Virus record (IMG/VR): IMGVR_UViG_3300036825_000059 | Span: 1-46,963 of that record | Source: a virus | Lineage: Duplodnaviria > Caudoviricetes | Reading direction: 5' to 3' (one strand) | DNA: 46,963 nt | Part shown: positions 8,308-16,781 of the stretch, one piece after another | Numbering within the stretch: the stretch's first letter is position 1 | How the letters are laid out: every line of letters begins with the position of its first letter | Translations under genes and position numbers: made by a program | The notes under the pieces: model-generated | The model's input: the letters and a program-made list of their open reading frames with translations, nothing else | Databases searched by the model: none | Told to the model about the DNA's origin: nothing

Positions 8308-8479
8308 CGGCCGGACCCCCCATACGATCGAAGAAGCATTCGGCCCCGGCGCCCGGTTTGATCCGGCGCCGGGGCCGTCGCGTTTTAATCGTTGGGACGT
8401 ATTGCTATGGGTCGGGTTTTTTGGGCTCGTCGCACTTGTCTACCTAATGTTCCAAGCACTTCCGGGTCTTTGGCCATGA
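8279..8479 (+). CDS. Small membrane protein
   Basis: RTPHTIEEAFG motif plus C-terminal TM helix. Confidence 0.65.
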   Translation: MDKDHPNRHNGRTPHTIEEAFGPGARFDPAPGPSRFNRWDVLLWVGFFGLVALVYLMFQALPGLWP

Positions 8480-8940
8480 ACAAGAAACAGGAACTGGACG
8501 ACCTTAATCAAACGCTGTGGATCGCGGGTCATTTGAAAGGCGCCGCGCGAGAGCTGCGCGAACTCCTGGAGTTTCTAGGCGATGAACGCGACGCCCTTGT
8601 GTCTCAGACTGATTCCTTTTCTCATGGGGGCGTCGCAGCGCTTACTTTGGCACTTGTCCATATTCGCCAAAGGGTAGGAGGTCTGAATCGTGCTGGGAGT
8701 GCCTTGGAAACGGCTGTGTCTGAGATGGGTGTCGAGTTACCCGATGTAGAAATGCTGGTCATCGTGAAACTTAGTCCTGACACAGAAGTGCAGTGCAATG
8801 AGTGCGGCGGCATGCCGACAGTGCGCGCGACGTTTCAGGACGGCACAACCACAAACACGCATCAATGCGGACCTTGCTTCTTTGGCGACCCTGCCTGTCG
8901 CAATCCGCAGACCTGGAACGATCCGCAAAATGTTAAGTGA
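8476..8940 (+). CDS. Hypothetical protein with C-terminal Cys cluster
   Basis: Start MNKKQEL (ATGA overlap); CNECG..CGPCFFGDPAC. Confidence 0.65.
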   Translation: MNKKQELDDLNQTLWIAGHLKGAARELRELLEFLGDERDALVSQTDSFSHGGVAALTLALVHIRQRVGGLNRAGSALETAVSEMGVELPDVEMLVIVKLSPDTEVQCNECGGMPTVRATFQDGTTTNTHQCGPCFFGDPACRNPQTWNDPQNVK

Positions 8941-9171
8941 TTACGCCGTCGCATAAAGTTTCCGCTCAACTTCCGCAGCCTTCCTATAATTGAGCCACGT
9001 CAGGCCCCGTCCGGCGTGGCTCGCCTAGCGGTTATGCTAATAGCATTATTGGTGTGCAATATTTAATGATTCATTCGTCTTACGTTGAACCTAGGAGGAT
9101 GACCTTGAATTATATAAATTACAGATAAATTAGAGCGACCCTCAGGCGCCAAACTGAATGAAGGATCAAAG

Positions 9172-10329
9172 ATGACTGGGACACCACGCAGGCGTAAAAA
9201 CAATCAACATCTGCCGTATCGGATGATTATCAACGCCAACAAGTATTATTTTTTAAGACCGCTTGAAAACAACCGGTCCAAGGCTATCCCGTTAGGTTAT
9301 GTCGTTGAAGAAGACAGGACAGAGAGTGAGTCGCTAGAGGTCGCACTTAAGGCTTATGAGCGAGCGCTCAATGACATAACGGCCAAGGAAACAGTTGGTT
9401 GGTTGATGGACGAATGGCTAGCTTCCCAACTTGGGAAATACGCTGCGTCGACGTGTCGAAAGTATCGTTGCTATGGACGCTTTATCAAAAGAACGATGGG
9501 AGACTATCGTATTGATGAAGTCCGACAGAGCGACATAGCCAAACTCATAGACACTCACTACGCCGACAAACCACATACAGCTAACGCCCTCAAGTCTTTG
9601 CTCTCGACAGTCTTTCGCTACGGCATACGCAGAGGACTGAGAGAGAACAATCCTACGCGCGACATTGATAACCTCTTTGAGCCTCGACGAAAGCGATACA
9701 TTACTGACGACGAGCTTTTGAGAATTCTTAAAGTTGCTCCTCCTATGCTAGGCTGTCTCATTGGACTGGCCGCGCTGACAGGACAGAGAATCAGTGACTT
9801 GCTCGCGCTTGAATGGTCGGCTGTCTCGGACGAGACTGTCTTGCTTCCTGAGCTTGAACATATCAGTGAGCTCTCGGACGCGGGACTTCTGTTCTATCCA
9901 AGCAAGACACGAAAGAGCACCGGTAAGCGAGTCCCCATCCGAATCAGTGAGCAGCTACGCGCGATGCTCATACGGGCGCGAGACATAAAGACCAAGCCAA
10001 GTATATTTGTGATTCGAAAACCAAACGGCGAGCCGTACAGCTATCAGGGAGCTTATAAAGCATTTGTGCGGACAGTCGAGCGAGCTTCAAAAGCCTACCT
10101 CCTGGAGTGTATTGAGGAGGAGAAGAAACCCCGGCCCGGCATGTTCGAGAATCTGCATTTTCACGACCTCAAACGCAAGGCTTTAACCGATGCGGACAAT
10201 CAGCAACTCGACGCGCAACGTCTCGGTGGCCATTCATCGCCAGCCATGACCCGACGATATCTTGAGGACGTGGAAGGCGCGCCGCACCGATTGATTGAAC
10301 CACCAAAGATGCCCTTTAACGAGCGGTGA
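9172..10329 (+). CDS. int: Tyrosine recombinase / phage integrase
   Basis: Catalytic motifs TGQRISDLL, SKT, FHDLKRK, GGHS, MTRRY; AAGGA RBS. Confidence 0.93.
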   Translation: MTGTPRRRKNNQHLPYRMIINANKYYFLRPLENNRSKAIPLGYVVEEDRTESESLEVALKAYERALNDITAKETVGWLMDEWLASQLGKYAASTCRKYRCYGRFIKRTMGDYRIDEVRQSDIAKLIDTHYADKPHTANALKSLLSTVFRYGIRRGLRENNPTRDIDNLFEPRRKRYITDDELLRILKVAPPMLGCLIGLAALTGQRISDLLALEWSAVSDETVLLPELEHISELSDAGLLFYPSKTRKSTGKRVPIRISEQLRAMLIRARDIKTKPSIFVIRKPNGEPYSYQGAYKAFVRTVERASKAYLLECIEEEKKPRPGMFENLHFHDLKRKALTDADNQQLDAQRLGGHSSPAMTRRYLEDVEGAPHRLIEPPKMPFNER

Positions 10330-10699
10330 GCTTTTACAGGAGACGGACGTGTCTAGTGTGACTGACTTCCTCAACATCTGCGCATACTCGCAGACACTGG
10401 CCAACGCACAACAAAACTGGCTGGCGCGACACGCCCAAACCTTAAGCCAAGCTGAAGCGAGTTTGCTGCTCGACTCGTATACTCACCTTGCATTACTCGC
10501 CGGCGGCATGCGCGGCTATCTCTCGCGACAGACTAAAGCGATGGAGCTGTTAGGCGAACTCGAAAAGATTGCTCTGTCCAAGGAAGGCACCGGACCTCGC
10601 AATCCTGAGCGCGCGCAAATGTCCCGGCTGATCGACGACATACGGCGCGAGCTCGTCGTCGTCCCCTCAAACAACGTCCCCTCCTCCCTGGAGTCGTAA
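10295..10699 (+). CDS. Hypothetical protein (start uncertain)
   Basis: Fills gap between int and next ORF; abuts 10700. Confidence 0.55.
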   Translation: MNHQRCPLTSGELLQETDVSSVTDFLNICAYSQTLANAQQNWLARHAQTLSQAEASLLLDSYTHLALLAGGMRGYLSRQTKAMELLGELEKIALSKEGTGPRNPERAQMSRLIDDIRRELVVVPSNNVPSSLES

Positions 10700-11104
10700 T
10701 TGCCAAACCGTATCCCTCTTGATCCAAAATTGCCCAAGCATTTTGACCAAACCTCAAACGAGGACCGCACCAAAGACCAGCTTGATGCGTGGTGGGATCA
10801 TCCTTACGGCGTGACTCTCGACAATGGACAGATCGACGTCCGATGTTTGAACGGCGGCGCATGGGACCGCTCAACGCATTTCGGACAGGTCGACACTTAC
10901 GAGGAAGCGTGCGAGCTGGCCGAACGCGCGCAGGCGAGGTATCTAAAGTTTCGCGAGCGCCCGACGCTGCGCATGGATGGACCGCCAACATTACCCACGC
11001 TTGTCATTCTCGCGCAGCGCCCCGACCAGGACGAACGCATAGTAAAGTCGTTCGAGACGCCACAGGAGGCAGGCGATTACATGCGGGAACACTACCCGGA
11101 GTAA
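10700..11104 (+). CDS. Conserved-type hypothetical phage protein
   Basis: LDAWWDHPYG..VRCLNGGAWDRST; GGAG RBS before TTG. Confidence 0.7.
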   Translation: MPNRIPLDPKLPKHFDQTSNEDRTKDQLDAWWDHPYGVTLDNGQIDVRCLNGGAWDRSTHFGQVDTYEEACELAERAQARYLKFRERPTLRMDGPPTLPTLVILAQRPDQDERIVKSFETPQEAGDYMREHYPE

Positions 11105-11110
11105 CGTTCA

Positions 11111-11512
11111 ATGAACGAGCTCGACGCCCAAAAAATGCTGGATACATATTCCCGCCTGCTTGCGCTGTTACCGGAAAAAGATCGCGCGAGCGTGGGCGAA
11201 TTGCTCAAGCCCGCTTTTGACGGACTGCCCGAGGTCGACGACCTTAAGCGCATGGGCTACGTGAAGCCGTACCGATGTTTTCCGGACGGCATGGTCTGCG
11301 CCATCATGCCGATGGGTCCGACAGACGTGCTATGCGTTGGCATCCATCCTTGGGGCCACGCGAACGCCTATTACTATCGCGCCGGCGGCACGGCCGCCGC
11401 TGCACTCGAAGCGTGGGACGGTCAGGGAGAGCCCGCCGGATGGTGGCGCAATCCCCGAACCGGCCGGCGCCGGACAAACGGCGATCCGGCGCAGGAGTAC
11501 TACCAGCCGTAA
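11111..11512 (+). CDS. Hypothetical phage protein
   Basis: ALEAWDGQGEPAGWWRNPRTGRRR motif; GGAG RBS. Confidence 0.7.
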   Translation: MNELDAQKMLDTYSRLLALLPEKDRASVGELLKPAFDGLPEVDDLKRMGYVKPYRCFPDGMVCAIMPMGPTDVLCVGIHPWGHANAYYYRAGGTAAAALEAWDGQGEPAGWWRNPRTGRRRTNGDPAQEYYQP

Positions 11513-11540
11513 TCCTGAGACAGTCCGAGGATATAAAACG

Positions 11541-11972
11541 ATGGCTATTACGAGGTCGACGGCGCAAGCCGATATCAATGGCGTTTTTGTGCGGGCGCTG
11601 GTCCGGTCCGCGATCCAGCTAGCCCCCTCAATCGAGGCGCTTCAACGCGCGATTCTCGAAAACTCACTCGTTGAGCTTGGCATCAATGCGAGCGAGCCCG
11701 AAACAAAGCCCGAGCCAAAGCCCGTTACCGTCTCGAACGGTCCGCGCAAATATACGCGCACGCGCAAGGCGTTACTCCCCTCCTCCAGCATCGTCGAGCT
11801 AACCGCCGGCATGCGTCGTAACCGCTCGCTGGAAAAGCACGGCATCCATACGCTTGAGGACCTGAGCCGCTTCAGCGAGACCGAGCTCGTCGAACTCGAC
11901 GGCGTTGGCGGAAAGATGATCGCCCGCGCAAAAGAGCTGCTGGCCAAGGCGTCGCTCTCACTGCGCGAATAG
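11541..11972 (+). CDS. RNA polymerase alpha-CTD-like (HhH) domain protein 1
   Basis: SIVEL..RSLEKHGIHTLEDLSRFSETELVELDGVGGKMIARAKELLAKASLSL; GAGG RBS, start MAITRS. Confidence 0.78.
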   Translation: MAITRSTAQADINGVFVRALVRSAIQLAPSIEALQRAILENSLVELGINASEPETKPEPKPVTVSNGPRKYTRTRKALLPSSSIVELTAGMRRNRSLEKHGIHTLEDLSRFSETELVELDGVGGKMIARAKELLAKASLSLRE

Positions 11973-11974
11973 CC

Positions 11975-12262
11975 GTGGCAACGCCCACCGGCGCCGCCGT
12001 GAAACGCCGCACGCTGCGCGTAAGCAGCCGGCGCTTTGTGGCTGGCGCCGAGTGGGAACTGACGCCGCACGGTTGGCGCTGCATCAGCGCCGCGCCCGTT
12101 ATCAAGTGGATGATCGGGTGCAGCCCGCGCACCGCTCACGCGCGCCTCATGCGCGAGCGTTTGACGTGGGAATGGCTGGACGGCTCTGCTATCGTGGCGC
12201 CAACGCCCGCATCCGCGGACGCCTTAATGGGAGACGGCCATGAAAGTGAGAGTCGAAAATGA
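11975..12262 (+). CDS. Hypothetical protein
   Basis: RFVAG..AAPVIKWMIG..WEW motif; coupled. Confidence 0.65.
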   Translation: MATPTGAAVKRRTLRVSSRRFVAGAEWELTPHGWRCISAAPVIKWMIGCSPRTAHARLMRERLTWEWLDGSAIVAPTPASADALMGDGHESESRK

Positions 12263-12392
12263 AGGCGACAAAACGATTCGCGTAATCGTCGACGGTGACA
12301 ACGTAGACGACGAGCAGCTACCACCGGGCGAAACCGTCGCCCTCGAATCGCGCGAAGAAGGCACGATCGAGCTGCGCGAGCTGGGCGCCTGA
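12240..12392 (+). CDS. 50-aa acidic protein (not in ORF track)
   Basis: MKVRVENEGDKTIRVIVDGDNVDDEQLPPGETVALESREEGTIELRELGA; GGGAG RBS. Confidence 0.6.
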   Translation: MKVRVENEGDKTIRVIVDGDNVDDEQLPPGETVALESREEGTIELRELGA

Positions 12393-12439
12393 CGCGGGGC
12401 CCCAAGCCCGATATCGGGAATCGTAACCCCGATATCGGG

Positions 12440-12835
12440 TTACTTCATCAGCGAAAGGCCGAGCGCATCGAGCGCGGCGACAATCTCGCGCACGCCCGCG
12501 CGCCCCATCGAGGGGATGGCCAGAAGCTGGTTTTCGCTCACGGTGCAAAGCTGTTCGAGCGTGGTTATGCCGGCGCTGGCCAGCACGTTATCTGATCGCA
12601 CGGTTAAACCCAGGCTCGCCACCATGCGGCCGCGCTTCACGATGCCCGCCCACTGGCCGCACCAGTCGTAGCCGTTGATGCGTGGCCACTCGCCGCTGTC
12701 GTCGGTCCAGTCGGGTGACCTGGATATGGTGGGCGGACGGATGCGACATAGCCCCTCGTCGAGCCCCGGCGGGTCGGGGTCATCTTCCCTTGTGAAGAAA
12801 CGGCAGTTCGCGCACGACTGATCCGGCATCGGCAT
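12440..12835 (-). CDS. Cys-rich domain fused to RNA polymerase alpha-CTD-like domain (protein 2)
   Basis: CANC..GLCR..PP..WP..DWCGQW followed by LGLTVRSDNVLASAGITTLEQL..SENQLLAIPSMGRAGVREIVAALDALGLSL. Confidence 0.83.
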   Translation of the reverse strand: MPMPDQSCANCRFFTREDDPDPPGLDEGLCRIRPPTISRSPDWTDDSGEWPRINGYDWCGQWAGIVKRGRMVASLGLTVRSDNVLASAGITTLEQLCTVSENQLLAIPSMGRAGVREIVAALDALGLSLMK

Positions 12836-12846
12836 AACGCGCCCTC

Positions 12847-13236
12847 CTACTCGAACAGGTCCCGTATGGCCAGGCGCTTGCGTCGCGTCGTGCGCGCGTT
12901 GTGCGCGTGGTGCTGCGCGTCGTGTCTGAGGTGACAACGCTGGCACAGCGCCGCCAGATTTGCGGGGTCGTTGTTCTCCGGCGTGTGGTCAAGATGCGCG
13001 ATCGTGAGCACCAGCTTAAAGACGTGCTTATCCGGATGCAGGCTCTGAATGTAGGAGACGAGATAGCCCGAGCGCGCGAGAAAATGAAACGTGCCACCCC
13101 GATCGCGATAGCCGATGCTCCCGTTAAGCAGGCCGCAACGTTCGCAACGGTTGCCCGCTCGTCTGAGCGTCGCCGGCCGCACTTCGCTTTTCCAGTTCGC
13201 CGGGTAACGCGCGCGATTTTCAGGATGGATCGGCAT
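12847..13236 (-). CDS. HNH-type zinc-binding nuclease-like protein
   Basis: CERC..LTIAHLDHTPENNDPANLAALCQRCH. Confidence 0.8.
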   Translation of the reverse strand: MPIHPENRARYPANWKSEVRPATLRRAGNRCERCGLLNGSIGYRDRGGTFHFLARSGYLVSYIQSLHPDKHVFKLVLTIAHLDHTPENNDPANLAALCQRCHLRHDAQHHAHNARTTRRKRLAIRDLFE

Positions 13237-13239
13237 CGT

Positions 13240-13452
13240 TTAGCCGAGCGGCGCCGAGCCGAAAATTTCCGCGAACGCGAGCTGCAAGTCCTCGCCTCGC
13301 ATCGGTTTGCGGCCGTACCAGCGTTCCGCGATCGCCGCGTAATGCTCTGCTGAGTCTGCGAACGGGGAACCGCGCCTGAGCGCTTCTGCGCGCGCCTGTT
13401 CGCCTATCGTCGTGGTGACGACCGCCGCGCGGTCGTAATAGCCGGCGTTCAT
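13240..13452 (-). CDS. Hypothetical protein
   Basis: Start MNAGYYD overlaps upstream stop. Confidence 0.55.
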   Translation of the reverse strand: MNAGYYDRAAVVTTTIGEQARAEALRRGSPFADSAEHYAAIAERWYGRKPMRGEDLQLAFAEIFGSAPLG

Positions 13453-13829
13453 AACCCGGCCGCTTTCGCGTCGCCGGCACTCATGAACAGACGGCCGACC
13501 GGGATGCCCAGATGCGTCGCCAGCTTCTCGAACGCTTCGGCCAGTGTCGACGCATTGAGGAGTATGTAATCGTCGAACTCGCGCCCCTGCAGGCGCAACG
13601 CGTCCCACATGCCGGCGCTGTCGCGATAGACGATCGCTCGCGGCCGGAACTGTGGCGCCGGTCCCGGTCCCGGATGGTTTTCCATCATCGTGCGTACACG
13701 TTCGAGCGTGGCGAATACAACGGCTTCGGCCGCGTTGGTGACCGAGCAACGGCCATTGAGGTCGCGCAATACCGGCGTCTGTCCAACGATGCCCTCGAAT
13801 TCAAAGCACGCACCGCCCGCATGGATCAT
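13449..13829 (-). CDS. Hypothetical phage protein
   Basis: SVTNAAEAV..IVYRDSAGMWD motif. Confidence 0.7.
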   Translation of the reverse strand: MIHAGGACFEFEGIVGQTPVLRDLNGRCSVTNAAEAVVFATLERVRTMMENHPGPGPAPQFRPRAIVYRDSAGMWDALRLQGREFDDYILLNASTLAEAFEKLATHLGIPVGRLFMSAGDAKAAGL

Positions 13830-13834
13830 GGTCG

Positions 13835-14122
13835 TTACTCCTGATCGGTTTGATTGGGATGGCTATCGGTTTCGTGTGTGGCTGCATACGCGCGTTTGCG
13901 CTCGTCTGCGAACGAGTGAAGTTCGACGCGCAGCTCATGCAGAAGAAAACAGGCGGCGAGTGGGGGCGCGTTGTCCAGATGGTCGACGACAGTCAGGACC
14001 GCGAGGCCGCCGGCGAAGAAACAGGTTTTCATGTCCTCGCGCAGACCGGGCGAGGCATCGGTCGGAACGATGCGCGGAGCGATGCGTTCCCATACTCGGG
14101 CGATCGACTCATCTTCCTGCAT
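13835..14122 (-). CDS. Hypothetical phage protein
   Basis: Start MQEDES after GAGGGAG; MKTCFFAGG motif. Confidence 0.7.
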   Translation of the reverse strand: MQEDESIARVWERIAPRIVPTDASPGLREDMKTCFFAGGLAVLTVVDHLDNAPPLAACFLLHELRVELHSFADERKRAYAATHETDSHPNQTDQE

Positions 14123-14190
14123 GCTCCCTCCCTCGGGATCGCTCAGGCGGGTGGAAATGCGCCTCGGGACCGTTTGAGGCGCTTTCCATG

Positions 14191-14219
14191 TGTACATTTA
14201 CTGAACCAGTAAATGTACA
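14191..14219. repeat. Perfect 13-bp inverted repeat with 3-bp spacer
   Basis: TGTACATTTACTG-aac-CAGTAAATGTACA. Confidence 0.85.
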
Positions 14220-14305
14220 TTTTTCGAAGTTTCCTTACAGGACAGCGGTTTGCGATGACTATTCCGGCGCCCGTCCCAATAGATATTATTTAGAAACTGG
14301 AAAAG

Positions 14306-14677
14306 TTACAACGTCCGGCCCGACAGTTTTTTGATCCGGACGTTAATTTCCCGGCGAACGGCATCAATGCAGACCTGGTGCATCGAGTCGGGCATGTGCG
14401 CGTGCAGGTATTGCAGCGCGGCCCGCTCGCGGTCGGTAAGGCGCACGTTCATGATGTTGATCCGGCGATCGTCGGGCATCGCGAGAATGTCGTCGAGCTT
14501 GGTAGGCCACTTGTTTTCCGGCTGTGCGCCCCGCCGTTTCGGTTTCGCTGCGCTCCCGTTCACACGTCCGATATCGGCGCCCGATACAAACTCCCGCGCT
14601 TCTTCCGACTCGACCGCTTCCGGTTCGGGTTCAGTGTTGCGAGCGGGTCGCGCGTTGAAATTAAGAGACTTGGCCAT
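14306..14677 (-). CDS. Type Ib partition protein (ParG-like; disordered N-terminus plus putative RHH)
   Basis: Overlaps parA end; C-terminal IMNVRLTDRERAALQYL..SMHQVCIDAV strand-helix-helix pattern. Confidence 0.72.
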   Translation of the reverse strand: MAKSLNFNARPARNTEPEPEAVESEEAREFVSGADIGRVNGSAAKPKRRGAQPENKWPTKLDDILAMPDDRRINIMNVRLTDRERAALQYLHAHMPDSMHQVCIDAVRREINVRIKKLSGRTL

Positions 14678-15329
14678 CGTATAGCTCCGCTGAAAGTAGG
14701 TTGATTTCCGCTATCGCCTTCTCGTCACGGGGCGAATATTCAAGCACTCCGCGGCCCTCACCCAGCGCGCGGGGATACGCGGCGCGATCGCGGATGATCG
14801 CGCGCGCGAGTGTCAATTCGGGATAGTTGCCGATGAACGCGGCGGCCGCCGCGAGTTCGGCGCGTTGCGGATGCGTGGCCGAGGCCTGCGAAATAACGAT
14901 CCACGCGCGCAAGCGCTTGTTGAGTTTGCGGGCATCGCGATAAAGCTGGTCGGCCCGCTCGACCGTCCACAAGTCGGCCTGATTCGGGCGCGTGGGCGTA
15001 ATGAAGATATCGGCGCGCAGCAACGCGGAACGCAACTCCTCACTGTCTGAAGCGCCGGTGTCGACGATGATATGGGAGAACTGTTCGCGCCATGCCGTGA
15101 GCAAACCGGGCAGCGTGCCGGCGTCCGCATCGGTACACATGATCGAGGCGAGCGAGCTGTCGCCCTTGCGCGTCTCCGACCAGACGAGGCTTGTATTCTG
15201 CGTGTTGTCGGTGTCGATAATGCCGACCCGATGACCCCGACCCGTCAGCGCGACGGCGAGATTCTGCGCAAGGGTGGACTTGCTTGTCCCGCCCTTCTGA
15301 CCACCTATCACGGCAATGTGTGCGGCCAT
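14661..15329 (-). CDS. parA: ParA-family partition ATPase (short, type Ib)
   Basis: Deviant Walker A QKGGTSKST, IDTD, IIVDTG, DRAAY..GRGVLEY; 222 aa with no N-terminal HTH. Confidence 0.93.
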   Translation of the reverse strand: MAAHIAVIGGQKGGTSKSTLAQNLAVALTGRGHRVGIIDTDNTQNTSLVWSETRKGDSSLASIMCTDADAGTLPGLLTAWREQFSHIIVDTGASDSEELRSALLRADIFITPTRPNQADLWTVERADQLYRDARKLNKRLRAWIVISQASATHPQRAELAAAAAFIGNYPELTLARAIIRDRAAYPRALGEGRGVLEYSPRDEKAIAEINLLSAELYDGQVS

Positions 15330-15344
15330 TTTCCGATCAATATA

Positions 15345-15369
15345 ATGATATTAAAATGCAATCATATCA
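15345..15369 (-). promoter_or_regulatory. Two boxes (TGATATGAT / TAATATCAT on minus), 16-bp period, upstream of parA
   Basis: ATGATATTA at 15345 and ATCATATCA at 15361. Confidence 0.75.
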
Positions 15370-15399
15370 TTGGCCCCATACGCTTGACCATGCGAGGTT

Positions 15400-15669
15400 T
15401 CATAGGTCGAGCCCGCCGAATATGCGGTCTGTGCGATGACCCCGGCAGCCGTGCTGCGGATCGAAGTTACTGCAGGCGCCGAGCGGCGTCAGCCGGTGGC
15501 CTTTCGCGAGCTGGATAACGAGCTCGGTACGCAAGGCGGCCGCCGTAAGTGGCTGGTCGTCGGTCGCGAGCACGTAGCAGAGCGCGGCGTCGTCGTTGGC
15601 CAGCGCCTCGCGGATCGGGATGGAAATGTGTTCGAAAAACTCGCCCCTGATAGACCGTCTGTCTGTCAT
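15400..15669 (-). CDS. Hypothetical phage protein
   Basis: CSNFDPQHGCRGH motif; start MTDRRS. Confidence 0.62.
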   Translation of the reverse strand: MTDRRSIRGEFFEHISIPIREALANDDAALCYVLATDDQPLTAAALRTELVIQLAKGHRLTPLGACSNFDPQHGCRGHRTDRIFGGLDL

Positions 15670-15687
15670 TCTGTCCGACCCTGTTTT

Positions 15688-15728
15688 TACTATCATAGTA
15701 ATTTGCAATGATTGCAAAATACTATCAT
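15688..15728 (+). promoter_or_regulatory. Three boxes (TACTATCAT, TGCAATGAT, TACTATCAT), 16-bp period
   Basis: Copies at 15688, 15704 and 15720. Confidence 0.7.
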
Positions 15729-15771
15729 TGCATTTCAGGGAAAACCAGACGGCAAAAGGGCTGACGTACTT

Positions 15772-16059
15772 TCAATCGTCGTCAGTATCGGAGGAATGTG
15801 GGCGTGGCGGCTGGTCGCCGTGCATGATTTTCGGCAGATCGGGAAAGTAGATATCGCACCGGTCCTGCACGGCCGTGGCCGTTCGCCGGGTGCAATCGGT
15901 GATCGCCGTTCCGAGGTCGGTCATTGGAAAATCGGAGCCATACGTGACGACCAACCTGGCCAGCCGGTAGCGGCCGCGCCGCTCGCACCGCGTACAGGCG
16001 ACTTCCAGATGGGTCGCAAGCGCTGCTACTGCGCCTAGGGGAACGGCTCCCTTTTTCAT
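15772..16059 (-). CDS. Hypothetical Cys-containing protein
   Basis: LEVACTRCERRGRY..DC..RCDIYFP. Confidence 0.7.
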   Translation of the reverse strand: MKKGAVPLGAVAALATHLEVACTRCERRGRYRLARLVVTYGSDFPMTDLGTAITDCTRRTATAVQDRCDIYFPDLPKIMHGDQPPRPHSSDTDDD

Positions 16060-16074
16060 TGCGGGGTTCGGGTG

Positions 16075-16734
16075 TCAGTGGGTCTGCGGACTCTCGCACG
16101 GCAGGTAGGCGCGCGCAATCCCTATCTGGCGTTCGATATAGTCGCTCGCGGTCGGGTTCTGTGCGCGCGCCACATCACGCAGTATTTCAACGCCGCTTTC
16201 GAAGCCGTCGCGCACGTCATCCAGCGACGCCGGCGCACCGTGCGCGAACCAGCGCACCGCGTGCGGGTCTCCGACTTCAAAGAGGAAACCGCCAGGCGCG
16301 CGCATGAGTTCCCAATGCGTCGTTACCCATACGGCGACGGCGCCGGGGTTGCGCATGATGGCCACGCCCGGCGGGAATGATTTGTCATCGGTGAGGTTGG
16401 CTGTGCGGCGTTGCGCGTGCGGACGCGCGAGAAACGGACAGGCTTGCGCAGCGTACAGCGCGCAATCAAGGTGTGAGGGGGGTTCGTTGGCGATGCGATT
16501 CACGGTACACATGGGACCGAGAACAAACGCCTTGTAGCGGCCGAGCGGTTCGCCGCATAACCAGCAGCGGTTTTCACGAACGCAGCGCTTCAGCTTGTCG
16601 GGGTCGGCTACGCGGAAGTCCGGTTCGCCGTCGACGTATGCGACGAAAAACGGAATGGGATAGCCCTTGTCGGAGAGCGGCAGGCGCCGCATGCGGGCGG
16701 GCAGTTCGGGGAGGTCGTCGCGATAGGCGGTCAT
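16075..16734 (-). CDS. Conserved-type hypothetical zinc-binding protein
   Basis: GYPIPFFV..CWLCGEPL..GPMC..EPPSHLDCALYAAQACPFL; start MTAYRD inside track ORF. Confidence 0.75.
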   Translation of the reverse strand: MTAYRDDLPELPARMRRLPLSDKGYPIPFFVAYVDGEPDFRVADPDKLKRCVRENRCWLCGEPLGRYKAFVLGPMCTVNRIANEPPSHLDCALYAAQACPFLARPHAQRRTANLTDDKSFPPGVAIMRNPGAVAVWVTTHWELMRAPGGFLFEVGDPHAVRWFAHGAPASLDDVRDGFESGVEILRDVARAQNPTASDYIERQIGIARAYLPCESPQTH

Positions 16735-16781
16735 GATGGGCTCGCAGCATTGCACCGAGAGCCCCAAGCATAGGCGGAAAA

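Noticed and set aside
15270-15302. ParA Walker A reads KGGTSKS rather than KGGxGKT
   Set aside because: Ser at this position occurs in functional ParAs such as P1 (KGGVSKT); not evidence of inactivation
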